Shown here in pieces: positions 9,775 to 18,420 of a DNA stretch of 64,000 nucleotides. The notes below the pieces were generated by a model. That model was given only the letters and a program-made list of their open reading frames with translations. It was not told where the DNA came from and did not search any database. The stretch comes from Eubacteriales bacterium (GTDB lineage: Bacteria; Bacillota; Clostridia; Oscillospirales; CAG-272): positions 4,840 through 68,839 of the forward strand of contig JAZNDS010000034.1 of NCBI GenBank assembly GCA_045588145.1, in the 5' to 3' direction. Made by a program: the position numbers and the translations under genes. Position 1 is the stretch's first letter, and each line of letters starts with the position of its first letter.

Positions 9775-10250
9775 TAGAATTAACGCTTATTACGGTCGGC
9801 ACGCTGAAGGAGGGCTACCTTCGCGAGGCGGTCGCCGAATACGAAAAACGCCTATCGGGGCTATGCCGCCTGCAGGCCGTATCCTTAAAGGAAGAAAAGA
9901 TCCCCGACGAAGAAAACCCCGCGGCCGTAGCCTCGGCCCTTGAAAAAGAGGGAGAGAGGATCCTTTCCGCGATCCCCGAGGGGGCCTATACCGTCGCGAT
10001 GTGTGTCGAGGGAAAAACGATGGATTCGCCGACCCTTGCCCGCACGCTTGCCGAGGGGGCGGGAAAAAGCGGAAGGCTTTGCTTTATCATCGGCTCCTCG
10101 CACGGCCTTTCCCCCGCCGTTAAGAAGAAAGCCGATCTTCGCCTTTCGGTCAGTCCCCTTACCTTTCCGCATCAGCTTATGCGCGTGATGCTTGCGGAGA
10201 TCCTTTACCGAAGCTTCTCCATTATGGCGGGGAAAAAATACCATAAATAA
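9771..10250 (+). CDS. rlmH: 23S rRNA (pseudouridine1915-N3)-methyltransferase RlmH.
   Basis: SPOUT-family motifs LSPAVKKKADLRLSVSPLTFPHQLMRVMLAEILYRS; 159 aa. Confidence 0.9.
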   Translation: MIELTLITVGTLKEGYLREAVAEYEKRLSGLCRLQAVSLKEEKIPDEENPAAVASALEKEGERILSAIPEGAYTVAMCVEGKTMDSPTLARTLAEGAGKSGRLCFIIGSSHGLSPAVKKKADLRLSVSPLTFPHQLMRVMLAEILYRSFSIMAGKKYHK

Positions 10251-10276
10251 AAAAAGCCGATCTCGGCTTTTTTTAT
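10250..10276. terminator. Bidirectional terminator.
   Basis: AAAAAAGCCGA-tc-TCGGCTTTTTTT. Confidence 0.6.
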
Positions 10277-10282
10277 TTTCCG

Positions 10283-10645
10283 TCAGCGCCCCAAAAGCGC
10301 GCTGATCACATAAAGATCGATAAAATCCATCGCAAAGACAAAGAGAATGGCAAGGCAAACGGTCGGTACCCAACGAAGCTTCTCCTGACGGCGGGTGATC
10401 TTCTCGCGCAGGGCCTCGTATTCGGCGGTGTTCACCGTGGGGGGCGCCTCCTTCGGCAGGGGGGTGTTGAAATAGCCGCGGGTCAGGATGACGTAGGCGA
10501 TCAGCAACGCCGAAAAAAGCCCGACGTAGGTCCAGCAGATGAAGACGGCGCCGACCGAAAGCAAAAGGCAATAGATCACCCACAAAGCGGCGGCCGCCGC
10601 AAAGAACAGAAATAAGGGAGAGGAGAGGATCCTTTTCAGCTTCAT
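10283..10645 (-). CDS. Small integral membrane protein, hypothetical (3 predicted TM segments).
   Basis: Hydrophobic segments; its start overlaps the upstream DUF1015 stop by 4 nt (ATGA). Confidence 0.55.
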   Translation of the reverse strand: MKLKRILSSPLFLFFAAAAALWVIYCLLLSVGAVFICWTYVGLFSALLIAYVILTRGYFNTPLPKEAPPTVNTAEYEALREKITRRQEKLRWVPTVCLAILFVFAMDFIDLYVISALLGR

Positions 10646-11910
10646 GCCTTTATTTTCCGCCCTTCCAGATAATAGCGCTTGTCACGCGCGTGCCCCATCG
10701 AGAAGGTCTTGCGGGGCAGGGCACCCCCCGCGACGATCGCGGGGAAGAGACCGTCCTTTTTCATGCCTTGGAACAAAAATCCAAGCGAGGAGGGCTTTTC
10801 GGAAAGCGCGCGAAGAGAGTCTTCGCCGTGGATATAATCGACCTCGACCTCGGGATGAAGGCGGAGGTATTCGTCCAAAAAGAGCTGCAGCGTGCCGACC
10901 GGCTGGGGGTGCAGCCCCGCCTCTACCGAAAGGGAGACCTCCTTTTTGCCGAAAACGGCGGTAAAGCACTGCTCCCCGAAGGGGCCCTTATGCTTTTCGG
11001 CAAAAAGGCGAAGCGCCTGCAGCATCGTCTCGGGCTCTACCCCAAAGGCCACGCGGTATATCGGCTCAAAGTCAAGGGCGTCGTCGTGCAGGTTCACGAC
11101 CTCGCACAGGGCATAGCGGGCGGGGTGGACACGGGCGGCCTCCTCGCCGATCGTGGCCTTCAGCTCCTCGTAGGTGGCCTTGGCGGTCGCCAAGGAGTGG
11201 TTGCCGTCTCCCACCGCGAAAAGCAGGGGGTTATCCCCCTCGCCGTATTTTTCCTTCTGCGTTTCTTCGTCGGCAAGCGAGGAAAGGGCCGAAAGCACAT
11301 TCTCGATCCGCTTGCCGTCAAGCAGCCAGCCGGCGATATGGCCGCCGCCCAGCATCAGGTCGAAATCGTATACCCCCGTGAAGCATTCCTTGCAGGCGGT
11401 CAGCGGCTCGATCACGCTCTTTTTTTCGTCGTCGATCAGCAGCATGACGTGCGGCAGCTCGATCGGGGCGTCGCGGCGGATCTCCATGCGGGGCGGGATA
11501 CGCTCCAGCACCGTGCCCTCGGTCGCGCGGATGAGGGGCTTTTCCCCCTTCGTATAGCTGTAGCAATCGAGATCCACCATACCGACAAGGCCGCGCCGTA
11601 CCCGCCCGTCGGGGCAGGTCCGCTCCAGATACAGCAGCGAATCGGGATACTCGCAAAAGAAATGATTTTGCAAAAGGCGGCGCATCTCGGCGTTGACGGT
11701 CGGGATCCTTTCGGCCCGCTCCGAAAGATAGCATTCGGGCAGGATGAGGCGAAGCGTGGAGGGGGAATCGCCCACCAGGCGGTCGGCCTCCTCCCAATAA
11801 GCGGGCTCGGCCGTGAACTGGTCGCAGGCGATCGCGGCGTAGGCGGTGCCGTCGACCGACTGAAAATCGGGCAGGAGGATCGTGGCGGGATAAAATCCGA
11901 TCGGTTTCAT
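10642..11910 (-). CDS. DUF1015-family protein.
   Basis: 422 aa, globular and non-repetitive; the family assignment is recalled from its architecture. Confidence 0.8.
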   Translation of the reverse strand: MKPIGFYPATILLPDFQSVDGTAYAAIACDQFTAEPAYWEEADRLVGDSPSTLRLILPECYLSERAERIPTVNAEMRRLLQNHFFCEYPDSLLYLERTCPDGRVRRGLVGMVDLDCYSYTKGEKPLIRATEGTVLERIPPRMEIRRDAPIELPHVMLLIDDEKKSVIEPLTACKECFTGVYDFDLMLGGGHIAGWLLDGKRIENVLSALSSLADEETQKEKYGEGDNPLLFAVGDGNHSLATAKATYEELKATIGEEAARVHPARYALCEVVNLHDDALDFEPIYRVAFGVEPETMLQALRLFAEKHKGPFGEQCFTAVFGKKEVSLSVEAGLHPQPVGTLQLFLDEYLRLHPEVEVDYIHGEDSLRALSEKPSSLGFLFQGMKKDGLFPAIVAGGALPRKTFSMGHARDKRYYLEGRKIKA

Positions 11911-12045
11911 ATTTTTTCCTTTTTCCTTTTTTCGTTTTTTTCGTATAGATCAAAGTGAAGGGGATACAATAAGCTACGGAAGAGAGATCCGACGGGTGTA
12001 CGGAGGGTTTCGCTTCCGTACTCATACTTTCGGAGGAATCCCGTT

Positions 12046-12240
12046 TTGGATCAAAGGCTTCCCTACGGTTTTATGTTGGAATTGGCAGGGAATAAAGCGG
12101 CGATGCGGCATTTTTCGGCCCTTTTGGCCGAGGAGCGCGAGCGTGTGGTTTCAAGGGCTCGCCTTTGCCGTACCAAATCGGATATGCGCCTTCTGGTCGA
12201 TTCGCTCGACCGAAGCATTGAGGCGCAGGAGTTCTACTGA
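12046..12240 (+). CDS. Candidate small ORF (55-64 aa, helical) between nifS and the DUF1015 gene on the opposite strand.
   Basis: Alternative start TTG at 12046 with GGAGG 9 nt upstream, or ATG at 12073. A plus-strand intrinsic terminator at 12268-12300 follows the stop. Confidence 0.25.
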   Translation: MDQRLPYGFMLELAGNKAAMRHFSALLAEERERVVSRARLCRTKSDMRLLVDSLDRSIEAQEFY

Positions 12241-12309
12241 CGGCCCGTTGATATAACCGTCGGGAAAGCGTGGGGCCGGTCTGCCTTTTGGCAGGCCGGT
12301 TTTTCTTTT

Positions 12310-13479
12310 TTATCGGGCCCTTTGCAGGCGGGAAAGGTTTTTCTTCAGCGAAAGCAGGAAAAGATCGATCTCTTCCTTTTCGTTTTTGTGCGAAAGGCTG
12401 ACACGGATCGCGCAATCGGCCTCCTTCTCGGATAGGCCATAGGCGATCAGCGCCCCGCCGCGGTGCGAACGGTCGTTTGACGAGCAGGCCGAGCCGCTGG
12501 AAACGAAGATCCCATCGCCGGAGAGCGCGTGCAGCATGATCTCGCTGCGGATGCTTGGCAGAACAAGCGAAAGAATGTGCGGGGCAAAAGCGGGCGGTGT
12601 GATCGGCTTGACCCCAGAAAACGCGGGATCCTCTTGCAGGGAAGCAAGCAGATAGGCGCGAAGGGCGGCGAGCTTTTCCGAAAATTCGGCAAAATGCGCC
12701 TTGTTGTATTCGACCGCCTCGGCAAAGGCGGCGATGCCCGGCACGTTCTCGGTGCCCGAGCGGAAGCCCCCCTCCTGCCCGCCGCCGAGCAGACAGGGGA
12801 CGATCCCCTTCTCCTTGATAAGAGAGGGATCGATAAAGAGGGCGCCAAGCCCCTTCGGCCCCTCGATCTTGTGCGAGGAGAGGGTGATGAGGCGTGCCCC
12901 CAGGGCACGCACCGAAAGCGGCAGCTTGAAGAAGGCCTGCGTCGCGTCGATATGCAGGGCGCAATCGGGGCATTTTTGCTTGATAAGCGCGGAAAGGGCG
13001 GGAATATCGTAGAGCGCCCCGGTCTCATTATTGACCATCATCACGCTGACAAGGATCACCTCGGGCGAAAGGGCCGAGGACAAAAATTCCATATCCAGCC
13101 TTCCGCCCTTGGTCGGGATCTCGTCTACCCGCATGCCCATTTTTTGCAGGGCGGCAAGCGGCTCGGTGATCGAAGCATGCTCTCCCGCCGTCGTCAGGAT
13201 CCTTTTGCCGCGGTAGCGGTCCTTGGCCAGGACACGGCCGAAAAGGGCGAGGTTGTTGGCCTCGGTGCCCGAGGAGGTAAAGACAAGGGACCCCCCTTCG
13301 CCCCCGATCGCCGAAAGAAGGCTTTTTCGGGCCGCCTTCAGGATATCCTCGGCCTCCTTTCCCTTTTTATGAAGCGAGGAGGGATTGCCGAACGAGGCTT
13401 GACTTACTTCAATATAGCGCTCGAGCGCCGGGGGGCAGATCGCGGTCGTCGCGCTGTTGTCCAAATAGATCTCTTTCAT
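12310..13479 (-). CDS. Cysteine desulfurase (NifS/IscS class V aminotransferase).
   Basis: Reads MKEIYLDNSATTAICPPALERY...SSGTEANNLA...SHKIEGPKGLGALF with the PLP-lysine context and the C-terminal SGSACSS active-site cysteine loop. Confidence 0.9.
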   Translation of the reverse strand: MKEIYLDNSATTAICPPALERYIEVSQASFGNPSSLHKKGKEAEDILKAARKSLLSAIGGEGGSLVFTSSGTEANNLALFGRVLAKDRYRGKRILTTAGEHASITEPLAALQKMGMRVDEIPTKGGRLDMEFLSSALSPEVILVSVMMVNNETGALYDIPALSALIKQKCPDCALHIDATQAFFKLPLSVRALGARLITLSSHKIEGPKGLGALFIDPSLIKEKGIVPCLLGGGQEGGFRSGTENVPGIAAFAEAVEYNKAHFAEFSEKLAALRAYLLASLQEDPAFSGVKPITPPAFAPHILSLVLPSIRSEIMLHALSGDGIFVSSGSACSSNDRSHRGGALIAYGLSEKEADCAIRVSLSHKNEKEEIDLFLLSLKKNLSRLQRAR

Positions 13480-13483
13480 ACCG

Positions 13484-14542
13484 TCAACGAAAAACGAAGC
13501 GTTCCTGTATACGCGTAAGGTCTTCCCAATACGTGGCGTAGCAGTCCGCCTTGGCGGTGTAGGTAAGCGTATAGATATAAACGCCCTTGATGGTCACGAT
13601 CTCGGCCGCCTTATAGGCTTCGCCGTTTACCGTGAAGGTGTATACGTAGCGGACAGCGGGGACCTCTCCCAAAAAGACGGTGACGTCCTCCAGCTTCTCA
13701 ACGGGGTCGGCCTCGCATTCCTCGGTCACCACCGTAAAATTCTCGTATATTTCGGCATAGGTCGCCTTGCGGGCCTCCCACAGATCGGGAATGTTGTCGA
13801 CCTCGGGTACCTCATAGGAAAGCGAAACGGCGGCCTCGTTCCCCTTTTTCGCGGTCGTGATCCCGGTTGAAAGATCCTTTTCCCAGGAAAGGGGCACGTA
13901 CAGGCGGTAGCGCGAAACGGCGGGGTCGGAGACCTCGTACATACCGTCCGCAGCGGCAGGCGGGGCTTCGGTCACGGGGGGTGTCGCGGTCCCTTCAAAG
14001 GAGAAGGCCGCGATCGCCGCCATCGCCTCCTCCAGATGCGTATCGAACAGCGAGGTCTTGCCGTTTTCCGTGTCGTTTTCGGCCGTATAGGTCAGAAGAT
14101 ACAGATAGCCGTCCCTTTGGCAAAGCACCTGCATAAACTTATAGGGCTTTCGGTTTACCGTGGCGGTATAGATACGGCGGATCGCCGAAGCGCCGCCAAG
14201 GCTCGTCCCGTCGCTTCCCTCGGCGGGAAGCGGGGTATAGTCCGAAAGGCGCGAAGAAAGCTCCCCTTCGTTATCGGCAAAATAGGCGGCGGCGGTCTTG
14301 TCGCTCACGACCCGCACGCAGGTAAGGCTCGTGCCGTTTACCGCGGAGACCGAGGCGGTCGGGATCCCCCCTGCCGTCGTCACGTCCCACCTCTCGGGGG
14401 CGTAAAAGGTATAGCCGTCCCCTATAAAGCCGAGTTGCATTCCCTCGGGCAGGGGGTCGGTGGGATCCTTGCCGCCGCAGGCGGTAAGAAGGGTGCTTCC
14501 CAGCAGGAGAAGGGTCAGTAAAAGGGCGATCTTTCTTTTCAT
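13484..14542 (-). CDS. Lipoprotein with two tandem copies of an unknown ~150-aa domain.
   Basis: Lipobox LLTAC; two halves share the order Y..T.TVN...YK......GY.Y.LTYTA. Confidence 0.7.
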   Translation of the reverse strand: MKRKIALLLTLLLLGSTLLTACGGKDPTDPLPEGMQLGFIGDGYTFYAPERWDVTTAGGIPTASVSAVNGTSLTCVRVVSDKTAAAYFADNEGELSSRLSDYTPLPAEGSDGTSLGGASAIRRIYTATVNRKPYKFMQVLCQRDGYLYLLTYTAENDTENGKTSLFDTHLEEAMAAIAAFSFEGTATPPVTEAPPAAADGMYEVSDPAVSRYRLYVPLSWEKDLSTGITTAKKGNEAAVSLSYEVPEVDNIPDLWEARKATYAEIYENFTVVTEECEADPVEKLEDVTVFLGEVPAVRYVYTFTVNGEAYKAAEIVTIKGVYIYTLTYTAKADCYATYWEDLTRIQERFVFR

Positions 14543-14581
14543 ACTTCCTCCGCGGCCAAGGGCCGCATTTTTTTCGGTGGA

Positions 14582-15946
14582 TCAGAGCATACGGCACAGC
14601 GCCGCAAAGCGCCGTCCGCGTGCTTCGTAATTTTCAAATTGGTCAAAGGCGGTGGCGGCAGGGGATAAAAGCAGGCAGTCCCCGCTTTTACAAAGCCCGA
14701 GGGCTTTTTTCGTCGCCTCGTCAAAAAGCGGCTCGTAAAGAAGCGGGAGCCTCTTTTTATCATACAGCGGATGCGATCGGATCGCCGCCATCAGCGAGGG
14801 GGCGATCTCTCCGTACAGAACGACGGCCTTCGCCCGCTTGCAAAGCGCCTCCGCAAGCGGCAGGGGGGAAAGGTTTTTCCCGCGCCCCCCGCAAAGCACG
14901 ATCGGCCTTTCCCGAAAGGACGAGAGGGTCGAGGCGCTTCTCGTTGGGGTGGTGTCGATCGAGGAATCGTAGCAGCGGATCCCGTGAAAGCAGCCGATAA
15001 GCTCACAGCGGTGCGGGGCGCCCCGAAAGGCGCGTATGGCTTCCTCAATGGTCTTTGGCGAAGCGTCCTTTTGGCATAGGGCGGCGGCGCACATGGCGTT
15101 TTCAAGGTTATAAAGCCCCGGCAGGGAAAGCGCGTCCTTCGCAAAGAGCGGCAGGCGTTCTCCGCCTTCTCCCCAACAGACGGTATCCCCCTCTAAAAAA
15201 ACAAAGGGAAGATCGCCCCATCGGGCCTTAAGCTCGGTATAGCTCCGCTTGGCCGAAAACAGGACGGCGGGGCGGTGGGAAAGAATTTTTTCGGTCAGGG
15301 GACAATCGGCCGGCAAAATGGCGCGCTTGGCCGAAAGAAGCCCGTTAAGCTTGGCCTTTTCGTATTCGGCAAGGTCGCGGTGCCAATCGAGGTGGTTTTC
15401 CGAAAAGGAGGTCAGGGCCGCCCCGTCCGACGGTGGGGAAAGGTCCATCAGCTGGAAGCTGGAAAGCTCCATGACCGAAAGGTCCTCTTTCTTCATCAGA
15501 TCAACAAAGGGCAGAAGCGGGGTGCCGATATTCCCCCCCACGAAGCAACGCCGCCCCGCGGCGCGCAGAATGGCCCCCGTCAGCATCGTAACCGTGGTCT
15601 TTCCGTCACTGCCGGTTACCGTAAAAAGCCTTGTCGGGCATAAAAGAGAAAAGAAGCGTGCCTCGGTCAGGATCAGCGCGCCCCGCTCTTTGGCCTTCGC
15701 AAGCGCGGGCGTATCGGGGCGGAGAGAGGGGGCGCGGAAGATGACCCCCGCCGCGAGCCCCTCCAGATACCCCTCTCCCGTCAGCAGGGTGACCCCCTCG
15801 GCCGAAAGGATGGGATGCTGCCGAAGCGCCGCGGGGCTTTTTCGGTCACGCGCCTCGATCCTGTGTACCCCCCGCACGTACAGCCATTCAAGCAGCGGAA
15901 GGTTGGCCTTTCCGAGGCCGCATACGGCGACCCCCTCCCTCTTCAT
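14582..15946 (-). CDS. murD: UDP-N-acetylmuramoylalanine--D-glutamate ligase. Start taken at MKREGVAVCGLGK; the track ORF extends to 16033.
   Basis: Mur-ligase P-loop VTGSDGKTTVT, plus NIGTP..VMELSSFQL..HLDWH..YEKAK. Confidence 0.85.
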   Translation of the reverse strand: MKREGVAVCGLGKANLPLLEWLYVRGVHRIEARDRKSPAALRQHPILSAEGVTLLTGEGYLEGLAAGVIFRAPSLRPDTPALAKAKERGALILTEARFFSLLCPTRLFTVTGSDGKTTVTMLTGAILRAAGRRCFVGGNIGTPLLPFVDLMKKEDLSVMELSSFQLMDLSPPSDGAALTSFSENHLDWHRDLAEYEKAKLNGLLSAKRAILPADCPLTEKILSHRPAVLFSAKRSYTELKARWGDLPFVFLEGDTVCWGEGGERLPLFAKDALSLPGLYNLENAMCAAALCQKDASPKTIEEAIRAFRGAPHRCELIGCFHGIRCYDSSIDTTPTRSASTLSSFRERPIVLCGGRGKNLSPLPLAEALCKRAKAVVLYGEIAPSLMAAIRSHPLYDKKRLPLLYEPLFDEATKKALGLCKSGDCLLLSPAATAFDQFENYEARGRRFAALCRML

Positions 15947-16127
15947 TCGTTCCAGAAGGGCTTGGCGGTCAAGGGGGGAAGAGCGATCTTCTTCCTTTTT
16001 CAAACAGTCTTGATCGGAATCATGTGAAATCATATTCCATTATATGCGCTCCTTCGCTCTTTTGCAACAAACAATTTGTAAACTTACTGTTTATAAGCAA
16101 AGAAATAAGAAAAAGAGCAAAAAAACA

Positions 16128-16156
16128 TTGACAAGGGCCCGCCTTCGTGCTATAAA
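16128..16156 (+). promoter_or_regulatory. Sigma-A promoter for the transporter gene.
   Basis: TTGACA-17-TATAAA. Confidence 0.45.
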
Positions 16157-16177
16157 AGGAGCTGTTTGCATCCAAAA

Positions 16178-16201
16178 GCGGGGCAAAGCCCCGCCTTTTT
16201 T
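16178..16201 (+). terminator. Intrinsic-terminator-like hairpin inside the short 5' leader of the transporter gene (possible attenuator).
   Basis: GCGGGGC-aaa-GCCCCGC-c-TTTTTT, about 20 nt before the start codon. Confidence 0.45.
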
Positions 16202-16217
16202 GAAAGAAGGACCGTTT

Positions 16218-17516
16218 ATGCTTGCTTTGATCCTGTGCGTCCTGACCTGCCTTTTGATGATCGCGGCGCTCCTCTTTTTTCCCAAGATACGCCTTTTCGG
16301 CCTTTCGGTCTCCTCTTATTGGGTGGTGGCCGCGGCGGGGGCGCTTCTCTTGCTGCTGACGGGGTGCATCGGCGGGGAAAGCGTGCTTGCCGCCTTTCTT
16401 TCCGACAGCGCCGTCAACCCCTTGAAGATCCTCGTGCTTTTCATCAGCATGACGCTGCTTTCGGTGTTTCTTGACGAGATGGGGCTTTTCCGGTATCTCG
16501 CGTACCGCACGCTCAAGCGGGCGGGGCATGACCAGCACAAGCTTTTTCTTCTTCTTTACACCGTCGTGTCGGTGCTGACCGTCTTTACCTCCAACGACGT
16601 GATCGTTCTTTCCTTTACCCCCTTCATCTGCTATTTCGCCGTGGCCGCCCGCATCGATCCCCTGCCGTATCTTGCGGCCGAGTTCGTGGCCGCCAATACC
16701 TGGAGCATGATGCTGGAGATCGGGAACCCCACGAACATTTACCTGGCCGAGTCCTACGGCATCTCCTTCCTCTCCTATGTCGGTGTCATGGCCATCCCCA
16801 CATTCGTCGCGGGGGTCGTTTCGCTTCTTTGCCTGTGGCTTTTGTTCCGCCGCCGCCTTTCGGCCCCGCTTTATGGTGAGGCAACGCCGGTCACCCTTCC
16901 CGATAAGCCCTCGCTCTTTATCGGCCTTTTCTTCCTGTCCGCTTGCACACTGCTTCTGGCCTTCGGGTCGTATATCGGCGTTCCGATGTGGCTGGTCTCG
17001 CTGCTGTCGCTTTTGGGGCTTTGCCTTTCGGTGCTTCTTCTTTCGCTCCTTCGGCACCGCCGCCCCGTCGCGCTGGCCGTTCTTTTTCGCCGCGCCCCCT
17101 GGGAGCTGGTTCCCTTTCTCCTTTCCATGTTTGTGATGGTCCTCTCGCTTTCCGAGAGCGGAATAACGGACGATCTCTCTTCTTTGCTTACTTTTGAAAA
17201 CAAAACCTTACATTTTGGCCTTCTCTCTTTCCTGGCTGCCAACCTGATGAACAACATCCCGATGAGCGTTTTCTTCGCGTCGCTTTTGGAGGGGGTAAAC
17301 GGGGAAGGGCTGACGGGCGCGCTCTACGCCACGGTCATCGGCTCTAACCTTGGGGCCTTCTTCACCCCGATCGGGGCTCTGGCGGGCATTATGTTCGGCG
17401 GGATCCTTGCCAAGAACGGCCTTCGCTTCGGGTACCGCGGCTTTCTGAAGATCGGCCTTACTGTGGCGGTGCCAACGCTTCTTTCCTCGCTTTTGGCCCT
17501 GCAGCTGTGTATTTAA
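16218..17516 (+). CDS. ArsB/NhaD-superfamily permease (anion or citrate-type transporter).
   Basis: About 12 TM segments in two inverted repeats typical of the ArsB/NhaD/SLC13 fold. The annotated start follows the leader. Confidence 0.75.
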   Translation: MLALILCVLTCLLMIAALLFFPKIRLFGLSVSSYWVVAAAGALLLLLTGCIGGESVLAAFLSDSAVNPLKILVLFISMTLLSVFLDEMGLFRYLAYRTLKRAGHDQHKLFLLLYTVVSVLTVFTSNDVIVLSFTPFICYFAVAARIDPLPYLAAEFVAANTWSMMLEIGNPTNIYLAESYGISFLSYVGVMAIPTFVAGVVSLLCLWLLFRRRLSAPLYGEATPVTLPDKPSLFIGLFFLSACTLLLAFGSYIGVPMWLVSLLSLLGLCLSVLLLSLLRHRRPVALAVLFRRAPWELVPFLLSMFVMVLSLSESGITDDLSSLLTFENKTLHFGLLSFLAANLMNNIPMSVFFASLLEGVNGEGLTGALYATVIGSNLGAFFTPIGALAGIMFGGILAKNGLRFGYRGFLKIGLTVAVPTLLSSLLALQLCI

Positions 17517-17520
17517 AAAA

Positions 17521-17552
17521 ATTTTTTCATCAAAAAAAGCCCTTATTTCGGG
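17521..17552. terminator. Terminator after the transporter gene.
   Basis: AAAAAAAGCCC..GGGGCTTTTTT. Confidence 0.55.
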
Positions 17553-17615
17553 GCTTTTTTCTTCTTTTACCGTTTTTTGGCGCACGGTATCCCGCCCCGC
17601 GCGCGTGCGCGCCCC

Positions 17616-17644
17616 TTGACAAGGGTTCCATAATGTGTTACAAT
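17616..17644 (+). promoter_or_regulatory. Sigma-A promoter at the head of the polysaccharide locus, followed by an AT-rich ~60-nt leader.
   Basis: TTGACA-17-TACAAT, followed by AATAATTACATTAAATTTATATTATAATATTATAATTT and a hairpin TTCGGC-ttt-GCCGAA overlapping the RBS. Confidence 0.5.
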
Positions 17645-17726
17645 TATACAATAATTACATTAAATTTATATTATAATATTATAATTTAAGCAAGGAGACG
17701 GTTCGGCTTTGCCGAAGGGGAAAACG

Positions 17727-18407
17727 ATGAAGAAGGTATTGGTAATTGCGGCGCATCCCGACGATGAGGTCCTCGGTATGGGGGGGACCATCGCCAAAAT
17801 GGTGGCGGAAGGGGCGGTCGTCGATCTGTTGATCGTGACAGACGGCAGCACGGCCCAATACAGGGATAGCCATAAGATCTTCGATATCATCAAGGAGAAG
17901 AAGGCCGAGACCCGCGCCTCCTGCGATATTCTGGGGATCCGTGATGTGTATTACGGCAACCTTCCCGATATGAAGCTGGACGTAACGCCGCATATCCAGG
18001 TCAACGGGGTCATCGAGAAGGCGATCGATATGCTCAAGCCCGACACCGTATTCACCCACTTCTGGGGGGATCTGAATATGGACCATCAGTGCGTATACCG
18101 CTCGACCCTTGTCGCCGTTCGCCCGATCGCCGAGCAATGCGTGAAGGAGATCTTCTGCTACAGCGTCCCCTCCTCGACCGAGTGGATGCCGAACGTGACT
18201 GCCGTGACCTTTATGCCGAACGTGTACGTTGATATCAGCGAATACGCCGAGCAGAAGTACCGTGCCTTCTCGGCGTATAAGACCGAGATGAGGCCCTTCC
18301 CCCACCCCCGCTCGGTCGAATATCTGCGCCGCGGGGACTGCACGAACGGGCTGCAGGTCGGCCTTTCCTGCTCCGAGCGGTTCGTGCAGCTGCGCCGTTT
18401 TTTGTGA
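17727..18407 (+). CDS. PIG-L/LmbE-family sugar N-deacetylase; first gene of the polysaccharide locus.
   Basis: Reads MKKVLVIAAHPDDEVLGMGGTIAKM (HPDDE motif). Confidence 0.85.
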   Translation: MKKVLVIAAHPDDEVLGMGGTIAKMVAEGAVVDLLIVTDGSTAQYRDSHKIFDIIKEKKAETRASCDILGIRDVYYGNLPDMKLDVTPHIQVNGVIEKAIDMLKPDTVFTHFWGDLNMDHQCVYRSTLVAVRPIAEQCVKEIFCYSVPSSTEWMPNVTAVTFMPNVYVDISEYAEQKYRAFSAYKTEMRPFPHPRSVEYLRRGDCTNGLQVGLSCSERFVQLRRFL

Positions 18408-18420
18408 AAGAGAGTAAGCT

